A program made the position numbers and the translations under genes. A stretch of 64,000 nt of DNA from an uncultured Candidatus Binatia bacterium (lineage in GTDB: Bacteria > Desulfobacterota > Binatia > UBA9968 > JAJDTQ01), in contig OZ219754.1 of the NCBI GenBank assembly GCA_964291295.2, positions 2,560,001 to 2,624,000 on the forward strand. The letters run 5' to 3'. The notes beneath the pieces are model-generated. The model made no database searches. It was given only the letters and a program-made list of their open reading frames with translations, and was not told where the DNA came from. Positions 1 through 11,002 of the stretch are shown piece after piece (position 1 is the stretch's first letter; each line of letters opens with the position of its first letter).

Positions 1-909
1 CGCCGCCTCGACGTCGAAATACTGCTCGCAGGCGTGGCCTGCGGCCATCATGTGCTCGTTGCGGTCTTCGATCCATTTCACCGGGCGACCGGACTTGATG
101 GCCAGGAGCGCCACGATCACCACATACTTGCGTATCAGGTGGATCTTCTGTCCGAAGCCGCCGCCGATGTCCGGGATGATGACGCGGATGTCGTCCAGGG
201 CCAGGGCTTCCCGCAGCGCGTCGTAGATATTCTCCGGCACCTGGGTGTTGGTGCGGACCGTGAGCTTGCGGCTGAAGCGGTCGAAGGAGGCGATGCACGC
301 CAGCGGTTCCAGCGGCGTCGAACTGTACCGGTGGATCTTGAGATCCTCCCGCACCACGCGGTCGGCTTCCCGGAACGCCTTCTCGGTATCGCCATACTCC
401 AGGGTCCCCTGCCAGGCCAGATTGGCGCCCAGCTCTTCATAGATCAGGGCGGGGTTCTCGCCGGCCACGGCCTGGTGGACGTCGGTGACCACCGGCAGGG
501 TCTCGTAGTCCACCTGGATGGACTCGAGAACGTCCTCCGCCGTACTCCGGTCCCTGGCTGCCAACGCGCCCACGGGTTCGCCCACGTAGCGCACCTTGTC
601 CACTGCGCCCGCGTACTCCTCCACCGGCTTCTTGAGGCCGGCGGCATAGCGGCCCGGCCGGAACGGCCGGGTGTCCCGTTTCACGTCCTCGGGAGTGACC
701 ACCGCGAACACGTCCGGGCGGCTCCGGGCGGCCCGGGCATTCACGCCGAGAATGCGCGCGTGCGCGTGCGGGCTGCGGATGAAAACGGCCTGCAGCATGC
801 CGGGTTCGGTGAAGTCGTCGGTGTATCGCCCCTGTCCGGTGGTGAGCCGCGGTCCTTCCTTGCTCCGCGTGGCAAGGCCGACGTATGGATTCGGATTGGC
901 TTTAGTCAT
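1..909 (-). CDS. Xanthine dehydrogenase/CoxL-family molybdopterin-binding subunit (5' part; runs off the window edge)
   Basis: Manual minus-strand translation from ATG at 909: MTKANPNPYVG...GQGRYTDD...FIRSPHAHARI...DIGGGFGQK...PVKWIEDRNE. Start overlaps the stop of the 2Fe-2S gene. Confidence 0.9.
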   Translation of the reverse strand, partial: MTKANPNPYVGLATRSKEGPRLTTGQGRYTDDFTEPGMLQAVFIRSPHAHARILGVNARAARSRPDVFAVVTPEDVKRDTRPFRPGRYAAGLKKPVEEYAGAVDKVRYVGEPVGALAARDRSTAEDVLESIQVDYETLPVVTDVHQAVAGENPALIYEELGANLAWQGTLEYGDTEKAFREADRVVREDLKIHRYSSTPLEPLACIASFDRFSRKLTVRTNTQVPENIYDALREALALDDIRVIIPDIGGGFGQKIHLIRKYVVIVALLAIKSGRPVKWIEDRNEHMMAAGHACEQYFDVEAA

Positions 910-1375
910 CGTTGCGTTGTCCCGCGGCTTCCCTTACCGCCGCCACGATCTGCATGTAGCCGGTGCACATGCAGAGGTTCCCCGCCAGTCCCTCGCGGAT
1001 TTCCTCGTCGTCGGGGTTCGGGTTCTTCTTCAGGAGGGAGTCGGCGGCCATGATCATTCCCGGCGTGCAGTAGCCGCACTGGAAGCCGTAGTTGTTGATG
1101 AAGGCCTCCTGGATGGGGTGCAGCGCATCGCCGTCCGCCAGCCCCTCGATGGTGGTGATCTGCCTGCCGTCGGCCTGCACGGCGAACATCAGGCATGACT
1201 TCACGAGTGTACCGTCCACCTGCACGGTGCAGGCACCGCACTCTCCGACGATGCAGCCGATGTGCGTGCCGGTGAGGCCGATGGTCTCCCGCAGAAAACA
1301 GGAAAGGAGTTGGCGTGGCTCGATTTCCTCCTGATACAACCGTCCGTTGACGGTGACGCGAACTGTCCGTTTCAT
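902..1375 (-). CDS. (2Fe-2S)-binding small subunit, CoxS/CutS family
   Basis: GCIVGECGACTV...SC and QCGYCTPG...GNLCMCTGY motifs. Confidence 0.95.
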   Translation of the reverse strand: MKRTVRVTVNGRLYQEEIEPRQLLSCFLRETIGLTGTHIGCIVGECGACTVQVDGTLVKSCLMFAVQADGRQITTIEGLADGDALHPIQEAFINNYGFQCGYCTPGMIMAADSLLKKNPNPDDEEIREGLAGNLCMCTGYMQIVAAVREAAGQRNDD

Positions 1376-1519
1376 GACGTGATCGTTGTCCCCTTGTATT
1401 CCGATGGCGTTCCCGGCGTGCGGATTGCCGCCTGTAATGGAAGGCGCGGCCGGCGAGCCGGCCGCGCCCCGTGACTGCCAGGGACGAGTTTATAGCGGGG
1501 AGGCCGTCACCCTGTCAAA

Positions 1520-2149
1520 TCACGCGCGCCCGAGGCGTTTCCTCGACCACGGCGCGTGGCGCCATGTCACGATGCGATAGCCCAGCAGCACCGCCAGCAC
1601 GCCGGCGAAGATGAGGGGGGTTCGCAGGTCGGCCTTCACCAGCCAGAGAAAGTGGACGACGCCGGCGATGGCGGATAAGTAGATCAGGCGGTGAAGTTGC
1701 TGCCAGCGGCGGCCGCCGAGCCTGCGTATCCAGCCGGCGGTAGAGGTGACCGCCAGCGGCACCATCAGCAGGAAACCCACCGTCCCGGCGGCGATGTAAG
1801 GCCGCTTGAAGACGTCCTGCTGGATCGCGGCGGGGTCGAAGAAGTGGTCCAGCACCACGAAGGTGGCGAGGTGCAGCACGGTGTAGAAGAAGGCGAACAG
1901 GCCCAGCATGCGGCGCAGCCGGATGAGGCCGGCGTAGCCCGTGATGCGCCGGAGCGGCGTCACCGCCAGCGTGATCATCAGGAACACCAGGGCAACGGTT
2001 CCGGTGGTGTGGGTGATGAACTCCACCGGGTTGGCGCCGAGCCCGTCGGTGAGGAGTCCGGTCACGAGTCGCGCCGCCGGGAGCAAAGACGCCGCGAAGA
2101 CCAGTGTCTTGATCCAGGTCATGGGCTTGATCCGGGTAGTCGGTTTCAT
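1520..2149 (-). CDS. msrQ: Methionine sulfoxide reductase heme-binding membrane subunit
   Basis: RRMLGLFAFFY..LH and WQQLHRLIY motifs; lies downstream of msrP. Confidence 0.93.
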   Translation of the reverse strand: MKPTTRIKPMTWIKTLVFAASLLPAARLVTGLLTDGLGANPVEFITHTTGTVALVFLMITLAVTPLRRITGYAGLIRLRRMLGLFAFFYTVLHLATFVVLDHFFDPAAIQQDVFKRPYIAAGTVGFLLMVPLAVTSTAGWIRRLGGRRWQQLHRLIYLSAIAGVVHFLWLVKADLRTPLIFAGVLAVLLGYRIVTWRHAPWSRKRLGRA

Positions 2150-2192
2150 GGAGGGTCTTTCCTGCGTTCCGGGTCCGTGAACGGATCCCGGG

Positions 2193-3152
2193 TCAGTACA
2201 GCTTCTTCAGGTCCATCCCCTTGTAAAGGTGCGCCACCTGCTCTTCGTAGCCGTTGAACATGAGCGTCTTGCGCCTGAAGAAATCGCCGATGCGCCGCTC
2301 GCTCGCCTGGCTCCAGCGGGGATGGTCCACGGTCGGGTTCACGTTGGAGTAGAAGCCGTATTCGTGGGGTGCCGCGGTGTTCCATGCGGTGGGCGGCTCC
2401 TGTTCCACGAAACGCATCCTGACGATGGACTTGGCGCTCTTGAAGCCGTACTTCCACGGCACCACCAGGCGGATGGGCGCGCCGTTCTGGTTGGGCATCA
2501 CCTCGCCATAGAGTCCCACCCCCATGATCGTCAGCGGATTCATCGCCTCGTCCATGCGCAGGCCCTCCACGTAGGGCCAGTCCAGGATGCCCCGGCGCTG
2601 GCCGGGCATCTGCTCCGGATCGAGGAGGGTCGCGAACTGGACGTACCGGGCGTTGGCGGTGGGCTCCACCGCCTTGATGAGGTGCTTCAGTTCGAATCCG
2701 ATCCAGGGGATCACCATGGACCACGCCTCCACGCACCGGAGCCGGTAGACCCGTTCCTCCAGCGGCAGCTTCAGCAGTTCGTCGATGTCGAAAGTCCTGG
2801 GCCTGTGCACCTCGCCCTCCACCACCAGGGTCCACGGTCGGGTCCTGAGACTCCCGGCATACCGCTTCGGGTCTCCCTTGTCGGTGCCGAACTCGTAGAA
2901 GTTGTTGTAGCTCGTGACGTCCTTGAGCGGCGTCCTCTCCTCTTCGGTGGAGAACCGGCCCTTGGCTACCCCCTCAAGCCGGGTGGCCGCCCGGGGAGCG
3001 TCCGCGGCGCCGAACAGGGCGGGAACCAGCAGGCCCGAGCCGATGCCGGCGGCTCCCAGCGATGCTGCCTGCATGAACCGGCGCCGGTCCAGATAGTGTT
3101 TCTTGTCCGTGATCTCGCTGCTCCTGATGTCGTCGGGTCTCTTGATCAACAT
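2193..3152 (-). CDS. msrP: Periplasmic Mo-dependent protein-methionine-sulfoxide reductase catalytic subunit
   Basis: Tat motif DRRRFM; [41 protein letters not shown]. Confidence 0.97.
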   Translation of the reverse strand: MLIKRPDDIRSSEITDKKHYLDRRRFMQAASLGAAGIGSGLLVPALFGAADAPRAATRLEGVAKGRFSTEEERTPLKDVTSYNNFYEFGTDKGDPKRYAGSLRTRPWTLVVEGEVHRPRTFDIDELLKLPLEERVYRLRCVEAWSMVIPWIGFELKHLIKAVEPTANARYVQFATLLDPEQMPGQRRGILDWPYVEGLRMDEAMNPLTIMGVGLYGEVMPNQNGAPIRLVVPWKYGFKSAKSIVRMRFVEQEPPTAWNTAAPHEYGFYSNVNPTVDHPRWSQASERRIGDFFRRKTLMFNGYEEQVAHLYKGMDLKKLY

Positions 3153-3331
3153 GATCGCGTTCCCTTCCTTTCAAAGACACCGTGACAAGACACGGGGAAA
3201 TGACACGGTGAATAACGCCGCAAAATGTAACGCCGTAAAATGACGCCGTGAGCATGCGCTGTGCTGCGAGAGTGTATGCGGTCCCGGCGTCGTGCCCGTC
3301 TCCGGTCCGTCGTTCGATTCAACCTGTAAAT

Positions 3332-3375
3332 TCACTTTGGCCCCCCAACCCCATCACTTTGGCCCCCCAACCCCA
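3332..3375. repeat. Perfect 22-bp tandem duplication (TCACTTTGGCCCCCCAACCCCA x2)
   Basis: Read directly: 3332-3353 is identical to 3354-3375. Confidence 0.9.
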
Positions 3376-3492
3376 CCTTGTCAATTCATGGGGCGGTCGC
3401 GCGCCCTGAGACCCTCCGTCGCCATTCGCGGCCTGGGCCGTTTCGTAGTAGATTTCGACATTCCCCGCGAGCTTCGTGACGGAGGTGCCCGC

Positions 3493-4461
3493 ATGCATGA
3501 GAAGATCGTCTATCTGAACGGCAGCTTCGTACCCGAGAGCGAAGCCAAGGTGTCGGTTCTCGACATGGGTTTCCACGCCGGCGACGGTGTCTACGACGTG
3601 ACCCGCACCTTTCGGCACAAGCCGTTCAGGCTCAAGGAGCACAACGACCGCCTGTTCCGGTCCCTGAAGTACACCCGCATCGACTGCGGCATGTCGCAGG
3701 AGGCGATGGAGGCGGCCGCCCTGGAGGTCATCGAACGCAACCGGGATCTGCTGGGTCCGGACGACGACTACGCCGTGTGGCAGGTGGTCACCCGGGGTCG
3801 GCGTCCTTCGACCGGCCCGCGCCGCAACCACCGCGCCACCGTAGCCATCTACTGCATGGACGTGGACTTCACCGGATTCTGCCGCCACTACGTCGAGGGG
3901 GTCGCCGTCGTCGTGCCGCCCACCCGGCGCATCCCGCCTCAGTGCCTGGAGTCCAAGGCCAAGATCACCAACAAGATGAATCACATCATCGCCACCTTCG
4001 AAGCCAGACAGGCGGACCCCGGGGCGATTCCGCTCATGCTGGACCTCGACGGCAACATCGCCGAGAGCAATGCCCACAATTTCTTCGCGGTCATCGGCGG
4101 GAAGATCTACACCCCGGGTTCCAGGAACGTCCTGGGCGGAATTACCCGTGCGGTGCTCGGGGAGCTGTCGGAGCGGCTGGACATGGAGCTGGAGGAGGCC
4201 GACCTGACGCCCTTCGACTGTCTGAACGCGGACGAGGCCTTCCTCACCAGCACCAGCCCGACCATCGTGCCCGTCAATAGCATCAACGGCGTCCGCTTCG
4301 CATGCGACGTCCCGGGTCCCGTGACCGTGCGGCTGCTCAAGGGCTGGGCCGAACTGGTGGGCGTGGACATCGTCGGCCAGGCCATCAACCACATGGAGGG
4401 GGAGGAGAAGGAGGCGCTGACAGCCGCGTGGAACGGGAAGCAGGCGGCGTCGGACCGGTAA
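3493..4461 (+). CDS. Class IV PLP aminotransferase (branched-chain/D-amino-acid aminotransferase family)
   Basis: GGAGG RBS before ATG 3493; YLNGSFVP, GDGVYDVTRT, ESNAHNFF, LGGITR, ADEAFLTST. Confidence 0.9.
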   Translation: MHEKIVYLNGSFVPESEAKVSVLDMGFHAGDGVYDVTRTFRHKPFRLKEHNDRLFRSLKYTRIDCGMSQEAMEAAALEVIERNRDLLGPDDDYAVWQVVTRGRRPSTGPRRNHRATVAIYCMDVDFTGFCRHYVEGVAVVVPPTRRIPPQCLESKAKITNKMNHIIATFEARQADPGAIPLMLDLDGNIAESNAHNFFAVIGGKIYTPGSRNVLGGITRAVLGELSERLDMELEEADLTPFDCLNADEAFLTSTSPTIVPVNSINGVRFACDVPGPVTVRLLKGWAELVGVDIVGQAINHMEGEEKEALTAAWNGKQAASDR

Positions 4462-4467
4462 CCCCGG

Positions 4468-5415
4468 GTGGCCGCGACCATGCGACCGACCCGAGCGCTG
4501 AAACATGACCTCCACGTCGCCGTCTCCGGCCTGACCATGGGGGCCGCCGACGTCGTGCCCGGCGTCTCCGGCGGCACCATGGCGTTCATCATGGGCATCT
4601 ACGAGGAACTTGTGGACGCCCTCGAATCCCTGAACTGGCGGCTGCTGGGTCTGCTGGCGCGCCTGCGCTTCCGTGAAGCCATGGCCGCGGTTCCCTGGCG
4701 CTTCCTGGTGGTGCTCGGCGCCGGCATCGCCGCCGCCATCCTGGCCCTGGCGGCTCCCATCGGATGGTTGCTGGACCACCACCCGGTCCCGCTGTTCGCC
4801 TTCTTCCTGGGGCTGGTCCTGGCCAGCATCGTTGCCGTGGCGGCCCGATTGCGCTGGTCCGTGACCGCGGGTCTGTGCCTCGTTCTGGGCGCCGGCGCCG
4901 CCTGGTGGCTGGTGGGTCTGGTCCCGGCGGCCATGCCGCACGACGCCGTCACGCTCTTCCTGAGCGGCGCCGCCGCCATCACCGCGATGCTCCTGCCCGG
5001 CGTCTCCGGCTCCTTCATTCTGTTGGTCCTGGGCCAGTACGAATTCGCCATCGACGCCGTCCGGGACCGGGACTTCCCCGCCCTCCTGCCCCTGGTCGGG
5101 GGCGCCGTGTGCGGCATGTTGCCGTTCGTGCGCATCCTGGGCTGGTTGCTGCGCCGCCGCCGACCGGTCACCCTGGCACTCCTCATGGGCTTCATGGCAG
5201 GCTCCCTGAGAAAGGTCTGGCCGTTCAAGGCGGCCTTGGCGGGCGACGGCGGGGCGCTGGCGCCCGCCGAGGTCAACGTGCTGCCGGAGTTCGACGGCAC
5301 CTTCTGGCTTTCAGTCGCGTTGTGCCTGTTGGGGTTTCTGCTGGTGCTGTCGCTCTCGGCGCAGCAGCGCGCGGCGGCGGCGGAGACACCCGACAGCGGA
5401 AACGGCGCGGCATGA
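4468..5415 (+). CDS. DUF368 membrane protein (undecaprenyl-phosphate translocase family)
   Basis: MGAADVVPGVSGGTMAFIMGIY and AMLLPGVSGSFILLVLGQY repeats. Confidence 0.9.
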   Translation: MAATMRPTRALKHDLHVAVSGLTMGAADVVPGVSGGTMAFIMGIYEELVDALESLNWRLLGLLARLRFREAMAAVPWRFLVVLGAGIAAAILALAAPIGWLLDHHPVPLFAFFLGLVLASIVAVAARLRWSVTAGLCLVLGAGAAWWLVGLVPAAMPHDAVTLFLSGAAAITAMLLPGVSGSFILLVLGQYEFAIDAVRDRDFPALLPLVGGAVCGMLPFVRILGWLLRRRRPVTLALLMGFMAGSLRKVWPFKAALAGDGGALAPAEVNVLPEFDGTFWLSVALCLLGFLLVLSLSAQQRAAAAETPDSGNGAA

Positions 5416-5601
5416 GCCGGCTGCCGAACCGCCTCCGGGCCGGCGGCAGGAAGGCCGGCGGAACCGCTTGCAGCGCAGCTCCCCATCCCTTGCGACCGAA
5501 GCCGCGCCACAAGCGGGCGACCTGGCGGCAGCCCCGCGGATTCGACCCGCGGGGCAGTCCGCCACCCGCGGCCCTTCCGGGCCGGCGCGCCCGGCGCCGG
5601 G

Positions 5602-6306
5602 TCACAGGCCAAGGCAGGCGGCCGCGTAGCGTTCGCCGAAGATCCGCAGGGAGCGGGCGTCGTAGTGCAGGCGGTCGCCCTTGTCGGTGAGACCCTCCGC
5701 GGTGGCGAGGGCGCAGTGGGGAAGGCTGTCCGGGATCTTGCGCAGTTGGGCGTTGACCGTCCGATAGTGCGGAAAATCGGGCCGCGCCGCCAGAAAGGCG
5801 CCGAGCTCTCCCAGCACCACCGGCAACGCCGGCGCGCCGAGTTGCGCCCGCAGCTCGGTGATCATGACGGTGAACCGCCGCGCGTAGCTGGAGGCGTCCG
5901 TGTCGGACCTGGCGTCGTGCTCGCCCTGGTGCCACAGAACCGCCCTGAGGGTGCCGTCCCGGGCGGTCTTCCCGGCGGCGGCCACGGCGCCCGCGTAGAG
6001 GTCGGCGCCCGGCATCCACCGCTCGAGAGGGGTGGAGCCCACGGCGCGGGGGACCAGACCGATGACGGTGTCGGGGTCGGCGTTCCGCAGGGAACGGGCG
6101 AAGCTCATGGCGAGGCCGATGCCGGCGGTGGGCCGGTCGTGGTGCAGGGGTTCTTCGGCAACGCTCCAGCGGCTGTCCCGGAACACGCGGATGCGCTCGT
6201 CCCGGATGGGCTCCACATCCTGCGGGAGCCCGCGGCCCGCCATGTTCGACTGGCCCATGAGCAGGAAGATGTCCATCGTGTCCATCGCCGTCCTGTCCAT
6301 CGCCAT
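5602..6306 (-). CDS. Sialate O-acetylesterase (SASA/SGNH carbohydrate esterase)
   Basis: GQSNMAG, WHQGEHD and DRLHY motifs; start trimmed from the 527-aa ORF. Confidence 0.88.
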   Translation of the reverse strand: MAMDRTAMDTMDIFLLMGQSNMAGRGLPQDVEPIRDERIRVFRDSRWSVAEEPLHHDRPTAGIGLAMSFARSLRNADPDTVIGLVPRAVGSTPLERWMPGADLYAGAVAAAGKTARDGTLRAVLWHQGEHDARSDTDASSYARRFTVMITELRAQLGAPALPVVLGELGAFLAARPDFPHYRTVNAQLRKIPDSLPHCALATAEGLTDKGDRLHYDARSLRIFGERYAAACLGL

Positions 6307-6356
6307 CCTTGCACCGATGCGGCTTGTCCGTGAATCGCCCGGCGCGGTGGCGCGGG

Positions 6357-7343
6357 CTAGTAGGGCAGCCGGATTCCGGCGCCTTCCTCCAACGCCTTCC
6401 GGTAGAGCCACGCGGCCAGGGAGATGTCCTGGTTCACCATCCCGATGGCGCGCATGAAGATGCGTTCCCGGTCGTCTTCCCGGCCGGGAACCTTGCCCGA
6501 CAGGATGTCGGGGAACTCGGCGTAGACGTCGCCGGCGGTGAGGAAGCCTTCCTTGAGCATCCGCTGGATGTCCGACTTCTTCCTGCACTGGGCCCAGCTG
6601 TCCACCACGAACTTGCCCATGCCCTTGTAGGCGGCGTTCTCGAGCTCCTGGTGCTTGCCAATGGAGTAGACGAAGGAGCCGGGGTCGATCCATTCCCGCT
6701 TGACGAAGGGCTCCGGGGTCGTGGTGGCGGACACCACCAGGTCGGCCCCGTCCAGTGCCCGGGAGGCGGTGTCGCAGGGAAGCACGTTCAGGTCCAACGC
6801 CTCGCCGACCTCCCGGGCAAAGGCCGCGCGGGTCTCGGCACGGCGGGACAGCACTCGAACCTCGGAGAGATGGAAGGCCCGCGCCATGACCGGCACGGTG
6901 GCCCGCGCCGTGTCGCCGGCACCCAGCATGGCCATCACCGACGCACCCGGGCGCGCGAGGCTCTGGCAGGCCACTGCGGCGGCGGCGCCGGTGCGCACGG
7001 AATGGCACCAGTCTTCGTCCATGATGGCCGTGACTTCGCCGCCCTGCCGGTGGCTCAGGATGAGGATGCGCCGGGGGCCGCGGGGCGGCCGGGAAGGGTC
7101 CCGGCTTCCTCCCGCGGTCTTGATGGCGCGCAAGCGGAACCCGGCGGCGGCGTCCAGGGAGCAGCCGGTGACCCAGTACTGCCACCCCTGCTCGGGTTTG
7201 ACCGCCAGATCCTCGGGCACGGACCAGCCCACGCGTCCGGCGCCGTGGTCCCGGAGCGCGGCCTTGACGATGTCGATGGACGCGTCCAGGTCCAGGAGGC
7301 GCCGGACGTCATCGTTGGACAGGTAGAGGATTCCGTCGGCCAT
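6357..7343 (-). CDS. Ornithine cyclodeaminase/mu-crystallin family protein (paralogue 1)
   Basis: RTGAAAAVA, LGAGDTA, ADLVVSAT, GKVPGRED..ERI. Confidence 0.88.
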   Translation of the reverse strand: MADGILYLSNDDVRRLLDLDASIDIVKAALRDHGAGRVGWSVPEDLAVKPEQGWQYWVTGCSLDAAAGFRLRAIKTAGGSRDPSRPPRGPRRILILSHRQGGEVTAIMDEDWCHSVRTGAAAAVACQSLARPGASVMAMLGAGDTARATVPVMARAFHLSEVRVLSRRAETRAAFAREVGEALDLNVLPCDTASRALDGADLVVSATTTPEPFVKREWIDPGSFVYSIGKHQELENAAYKGMGKFVVDSWAQCRKKSDIQRMLKEGFLTAGDVYAEFPDILSGKVPGREDDRERIFMRAIGMVNQDISLAAWLYRKALEEGAGIRLPY

Positions 7344-7347
7344 GGCG

Positions 7348-8481
7348 TCACGCGATCACGTCGAGCCGCTCCGCCCCCGCGGTGAGGAGTTCGGCGCCGC
7401 CGGCGGTGATGCACACGTCCTCTTCCAGGTGGACCGAGGCGCCCGGGATGCGCACCTTGGGCTCGATGGCCAGCACCATGCCCGGCTCCACGGTCCGGTT
7501 CTCGGCCTCGCTGATGGACGGCGGTTCCGCCCGGGCCATGCCGATGCCGTGGCCGATGCGTTTGGGGCGCGCCACCTCGGGATAGCCGTTCCTTGTCAAC
7601 TCGGCGTTCGCCACCCGCGGGATCTCGGCGATGGGGGTGCCCGGCTTCATTTTCTTGACACACTCCCGGATCAGGTGCAGCGCCAGCGCGTGCTCCCGGG
7701 TCTGTGCGGCGCTGGGCGCCCCGAAGACGGCCATGCGGGTGATGTCGCCGTAGTAGCCCTCGTAGCAGGCGCCGAAATCGGCGATCATGCGGTCGCCCTT
7801 CTCGTAGCGCCGTTCGTCGTATCGGGTGGAGGCGTTCAGCATGAGAAAGCCGGGATGGCGCGGATGGGCGCCTTCCTCGATCATGGCGATGTAGAGGCGT
7901 TCGGCCACCTCCCGGCGGGTGACCCCGGCCCGGAGATCGGGAAGGATGCGCTCATAGGCCCTCCGGGAGATGTCGCAGGCCTTGCGCATGTGCCGCATCT
8001 CGCGCGGGCTCTTGTACAGCCGTTGATCGGTGAGGGCGGCGGAGCCGTCCTCGATCCTGGCCTTGGGCAGCGCCTCGGTGAGCTGCGTGAGGTAGTTGAC
8101 CGGGAAGCCCAGCCGTTGGTCATCGTCCAGTTCGAACCCCAGTCTGGCGGAACCGTACCCCATGTCGTTCAGGAGGTCGCTCAGCATCTCGCGCGGAAAG
8201 GGCACATCCACGTAGCTGCGCACCTCGTCGAACCAGGGCAATGCCTCCGCCTTGCTCTTGTTGTTGCCGTACACCAGCGCGAAGGGCTTGCCCTCCCTGG
8301 GGATGAAGCAGATCTCGGGCCGCATCAGGTGGTCGAACTGGTAGCTGACAAGGCCGGTGAAATACCAGAAGTTGTCGCGGCCCGAGGCCACCACAAGGTC
8401 CAGCCCGTCGCGCTCCATGAGCCGTTGCAACTCCTGGTGCCGTGATTCGTACTCTTGCCGGGGAAACGGGGCTTCGATCAT
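7348..8481 (-). CDS. Xaa-Pro peptidase family (M24) protein
   Basis: DFGA..GYYGDITR, GHGIG, EP, HLEED metal ligands; creatinase-like N-terminal domain. Confidence 0.9.
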   Translation of the reverse strand: MIEAPFPRQEYESRHQELQRLMERDGLDLVVASGRDNFWYFTGLVSYQFDHLMRPEICFIPREGKPFALVYGNNKSKAEALPWFDEVRSYVDVPFPREMLSDLLNDMGYGSARLGFELDDDQRLGFPVNYLTQLTEALPKARIEDGSAALTDQRLYKSPREMRHMRKACDISRRAYERILPDLRAGVTRREVAERLYIAMIEEGAHPRHPGFLMLNASTRYDERRYEKGDRMIADFGACYEGYYGDITRMAVFGAPSAAQTREHALALHLIRECVKKMKPGTPIAEIPRVANAELTRNGYPEVARPKRIGHGIGMARAEPPSISEAENRTVEPGMVLAIEPKVRIPGASVHLEEDVCITAGGAELLTAGAERLDVIA

Positions 8482-8553
8482 CCGGGCGCCTCCGGGTCGG
8501 GACAGGGGGTCAAGGGCGTGGAGCATATCAAGGCCCGTGCGGCCCGGCAACGA

Positions 8554-9942
8554 TCAGAACTCCGCGCAGCCGGGAGTCCTCGGGAAGGGGATGACGTCGC
8601 GGATGTTTCCCAGGCCGGTCACGAACTGGATCAGGCGCTCGAAGCCCAGCCCGAAGCCGGCATGGGGTGCGCTGCCGTAACGCCGCAGTTCCAGGTACCA
8701 CCAGTACTCCTCTTCGGAGAGGCCGCACTCCAGGATTCGCCGCCGGAGCTGCGGCAGGCGGTGCTCCCGCTGCGAGCCGCCGATGATCTCGCCGATCCTG
8801 GGCACCAGTACGTCCAGGGCTGCCACGGTCCGTTCGTCGTCGTTGACGTACATGTAGAACGCCTTGATCTCCCTGGGATAGTCGATGACCATCACCGGCC
8901 GGCGCACGTGCTCTTCCACGAGGTAGCGCTCATGCTCGCTCTGGAGGTTGACGCCCCAGGACACCGGGTACTCGAAGCGGCGCCCGGAACGCTGGAGGAT
9001 GGTCACCGCCTCGGTGTAGGTCATGCGCTCGAAGGACTGCGCCGCGATGTTCGCGAGGGTCTCCCGCACGGTCGGGTCCGTGCGCGCGTTGAAGAACGCC
9101 AAGTCTTCGGTGCAGTGCTCCAGCACGTCCCCGGCGATATTCTTCAGGAACGCCTCGGCCAGATCCATGTTGCCCTGGATGTCGCAGAAGGCCATCTCCG
9201 GCTCCACCATCCAGAACTCCGCCAGATGCCGGCTGGTGTTGGAGTTCTCGGAGCGGAACGTCGGCCCGAAGGTGTAGACGCGGGACAGTGCCAGAGCGGC
9301 GATCTCCGCCTCGAGCTGGCCGGACACCGTGAGCCGCGCCTCCCTGCCGAAGAAGTCCTGCGAGTAATCCACGCCGCCGGATGCGGCGCGCGGCGGCTGC
9401 CCGGGGTCCAGGGTGGAGACCCGGAACATCTCGCCGGCGCCTTCGCAGTCCGAGAGCGTGATGATGGGGGCGTGGAGCTGGATGAAGCCGCGTTCCTGAA
9501 AAAACCGATGGATGGCCCGGGCAACGGCGTTCCGCACCCGCATCACCGCGCCGAAGGTGTTGGTGCGCATGCGCAGGTGGCCGAGGGTGCGCAGGAACTC
9601 GAAGCTGTGGCGCTTCTTCTGGAGCGGATAGTCCTCGTCGGCGTATCCCACCACCTCCACGCCCCCGGCCTGGATCTCGTAGCGCTGCCCCTTGCCCGGC
9701 GACTCCGCCAGCCGGCCGGTCACGCGTACGCAGCAGCCGGTGGTGAGCTTGCGCACCTCGCTTTCGTAGTTGGCCAGTTCCGGTGCGGCCACCGCCTGGA
9801 TGCCGGACAGGCACGAGCCGTCGGAGATGTCCAGGAACGAGACGTTCTTGCTGTGGCGCACCGTCCGCAGCCATCCCTCCACGGCGACTTGGGCGTCGGC
9901 CGCGCCACCGTCGAGCAACTCCTTGATTCGTTCTTTCGTCAT
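8554..9942 (-). CDS. asnS: Asparagine--tRNA ligase
   Basis: [48 protein letters not shown]. Confidence 0.97.
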   Translation of the reverse strand: MTKERIKELLDGGAADAQVAVEGWLRTVRHSKNVSFLDISDGSCLSGIQAVAAPELANYESEVRKLTTGCCVRVTGRLAESPGKGQRYEIQAGGVEVVGYADEDYPLQKKRHSFEFLRTLGHLRMRTNTFGAVMRVRNAVARAIHRFFQERGFIQLHAPIITLSDCEGAGEMFRVSTLDPGQPPRAASGGVDYSQDFFGREARLTVSGQLEAEIAALALSRVYTFGPTFRSENSNTSRHLAEFWMVEPEMAFCDIQGNMDLAEAFLKNIAGDVLEHCTEDLAFFNARTDPTVRETLANIAAQSFERMTYTEAVTILQRSGRRFEYPVSWGVNLQSEHERYLVEEHVRRPVMVIDYPREIKAFYMYVNDDERTVAALDVLVPRIGEIIGGSQREHRLPQLRRRILECGLSEEEYWWYLELRRYGSAPHAGFGLGFERLIQFVTGLGNIRDVIPFPRTPGCAEF

Positions 9943-10201
9943 GGCTCGCACCGTTTCCTTTCCGGGGGGCTTGTGTCCCGGCGCCCGAGACCTGCCAGCG
10001 TCCGGGTGAGGTTGCCGGAGTTCGGCCCCATGCCGTGCACCGGGATGATGGCGGACGCCGGAACGCGGCCGGGCATGACCCGGGTGAGCGGGATGCCGCC
10101 GCCGGGACCCACCCCGGCGGCAAAGGTGAACCGGATGCGCGGCAGGTCGTTCACGGGCGGATGCGGACACGCGGGACCGGCGGCGTCCCTGCCGGAGGCC
10201 A

Positions 10202-11002
10202 TCAGGCGCCCGCCGGTGCGGCCGCCCGCCGCACGGGATTGCGCAGCGTGCCGATGTGGCTGATCTCCACGGCCACCACGTCACCGTCCTTCATGTTCCG
10301 AGTGGCGCCGTCGGTGCCCATCCAGAGCACGTCCCCCGGAACCAGGGTGAGGTAGCGGCTCATGGCGCTGAGGTAGCGGGCGACCCCGAAGATCGCGTCC
10401 CGGACATCGTACGCGCCCACCACCCGGTCGTTGAGCGTGACGGTTACATGCAGGTCGTTGGGGTCGAGGTCGGTGACGATCCATGGGCCCATGGGTTTGA
10501 ATGTGTCGGTGTTCTTGGCCCGCCAGAGGGTCCGGTCGGATTTCTGCCAAGTGCGTTCGCTCACGTCGTTGCCGATGGTGTAGCCGAAGACATGGTCCAG
10601 GGCCTCGTCCTCGGGCACGTCACGGCACTTCCGGCCGATGATCGCCACCAGTTCGCCCTCGTACTGCACCTGCTCCGAGGCGTCGTGAGGGATGACGATG
10701 GCGTCTTCGTGGGCCGCCAGCGCATTGATGGCGCGGTAGCCCACGTCGGGCCGGGCGGGCAGTACCGGTTCCTCGCCCCGCAGTGCAGCGACGTGGGTCA
10801 CGTGCCCGCGATAGTTGACGCCGGCGGCATAGAAGGTTGGCGGCACCACGGGCGGCAGCAGCCTGACGTCGCTCAGGGCGTGGGTCTCGCCGGTGACGGT
10901 GTAGTTCTCGAACGGGCTGCCGGAGATGACGGTGACGGTGTCCGCGGCATCGATGATGCCGAAAGCCGTCCTGTTGTCGCATCGGAATCTGCACCACCTC
11001 AT
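10202..11002 (-). CDS. Fumarylacetoacetate hydrolase family protein
   Basis: [33 protein letters not shown]. Confidence 0.92.
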   Translation of the reverse strand: MRWCRFRCDNRTAFGIIDAADTVTVISGSPFENYTVTGETHALSDVRLLPPVVPPTFYAAGVNYRGHVTHVAALRGEEPVLPARPDVGYRAINALAAHEDAIVIPHDASEQVQYEGELVAIIGRKCRDVPEDEALDHVFGYTIGNDVSERTWQKSDRTLWRAKNTDTFKPMGPWIVTDLDPNDLHVTVTLNDRVVGAYDVRDAIFGVARYLSAMSRYLTLVPGDVLWMGTDGATRNMKDGDVVAVEISHIGTLRNPVRRAAAPAGA

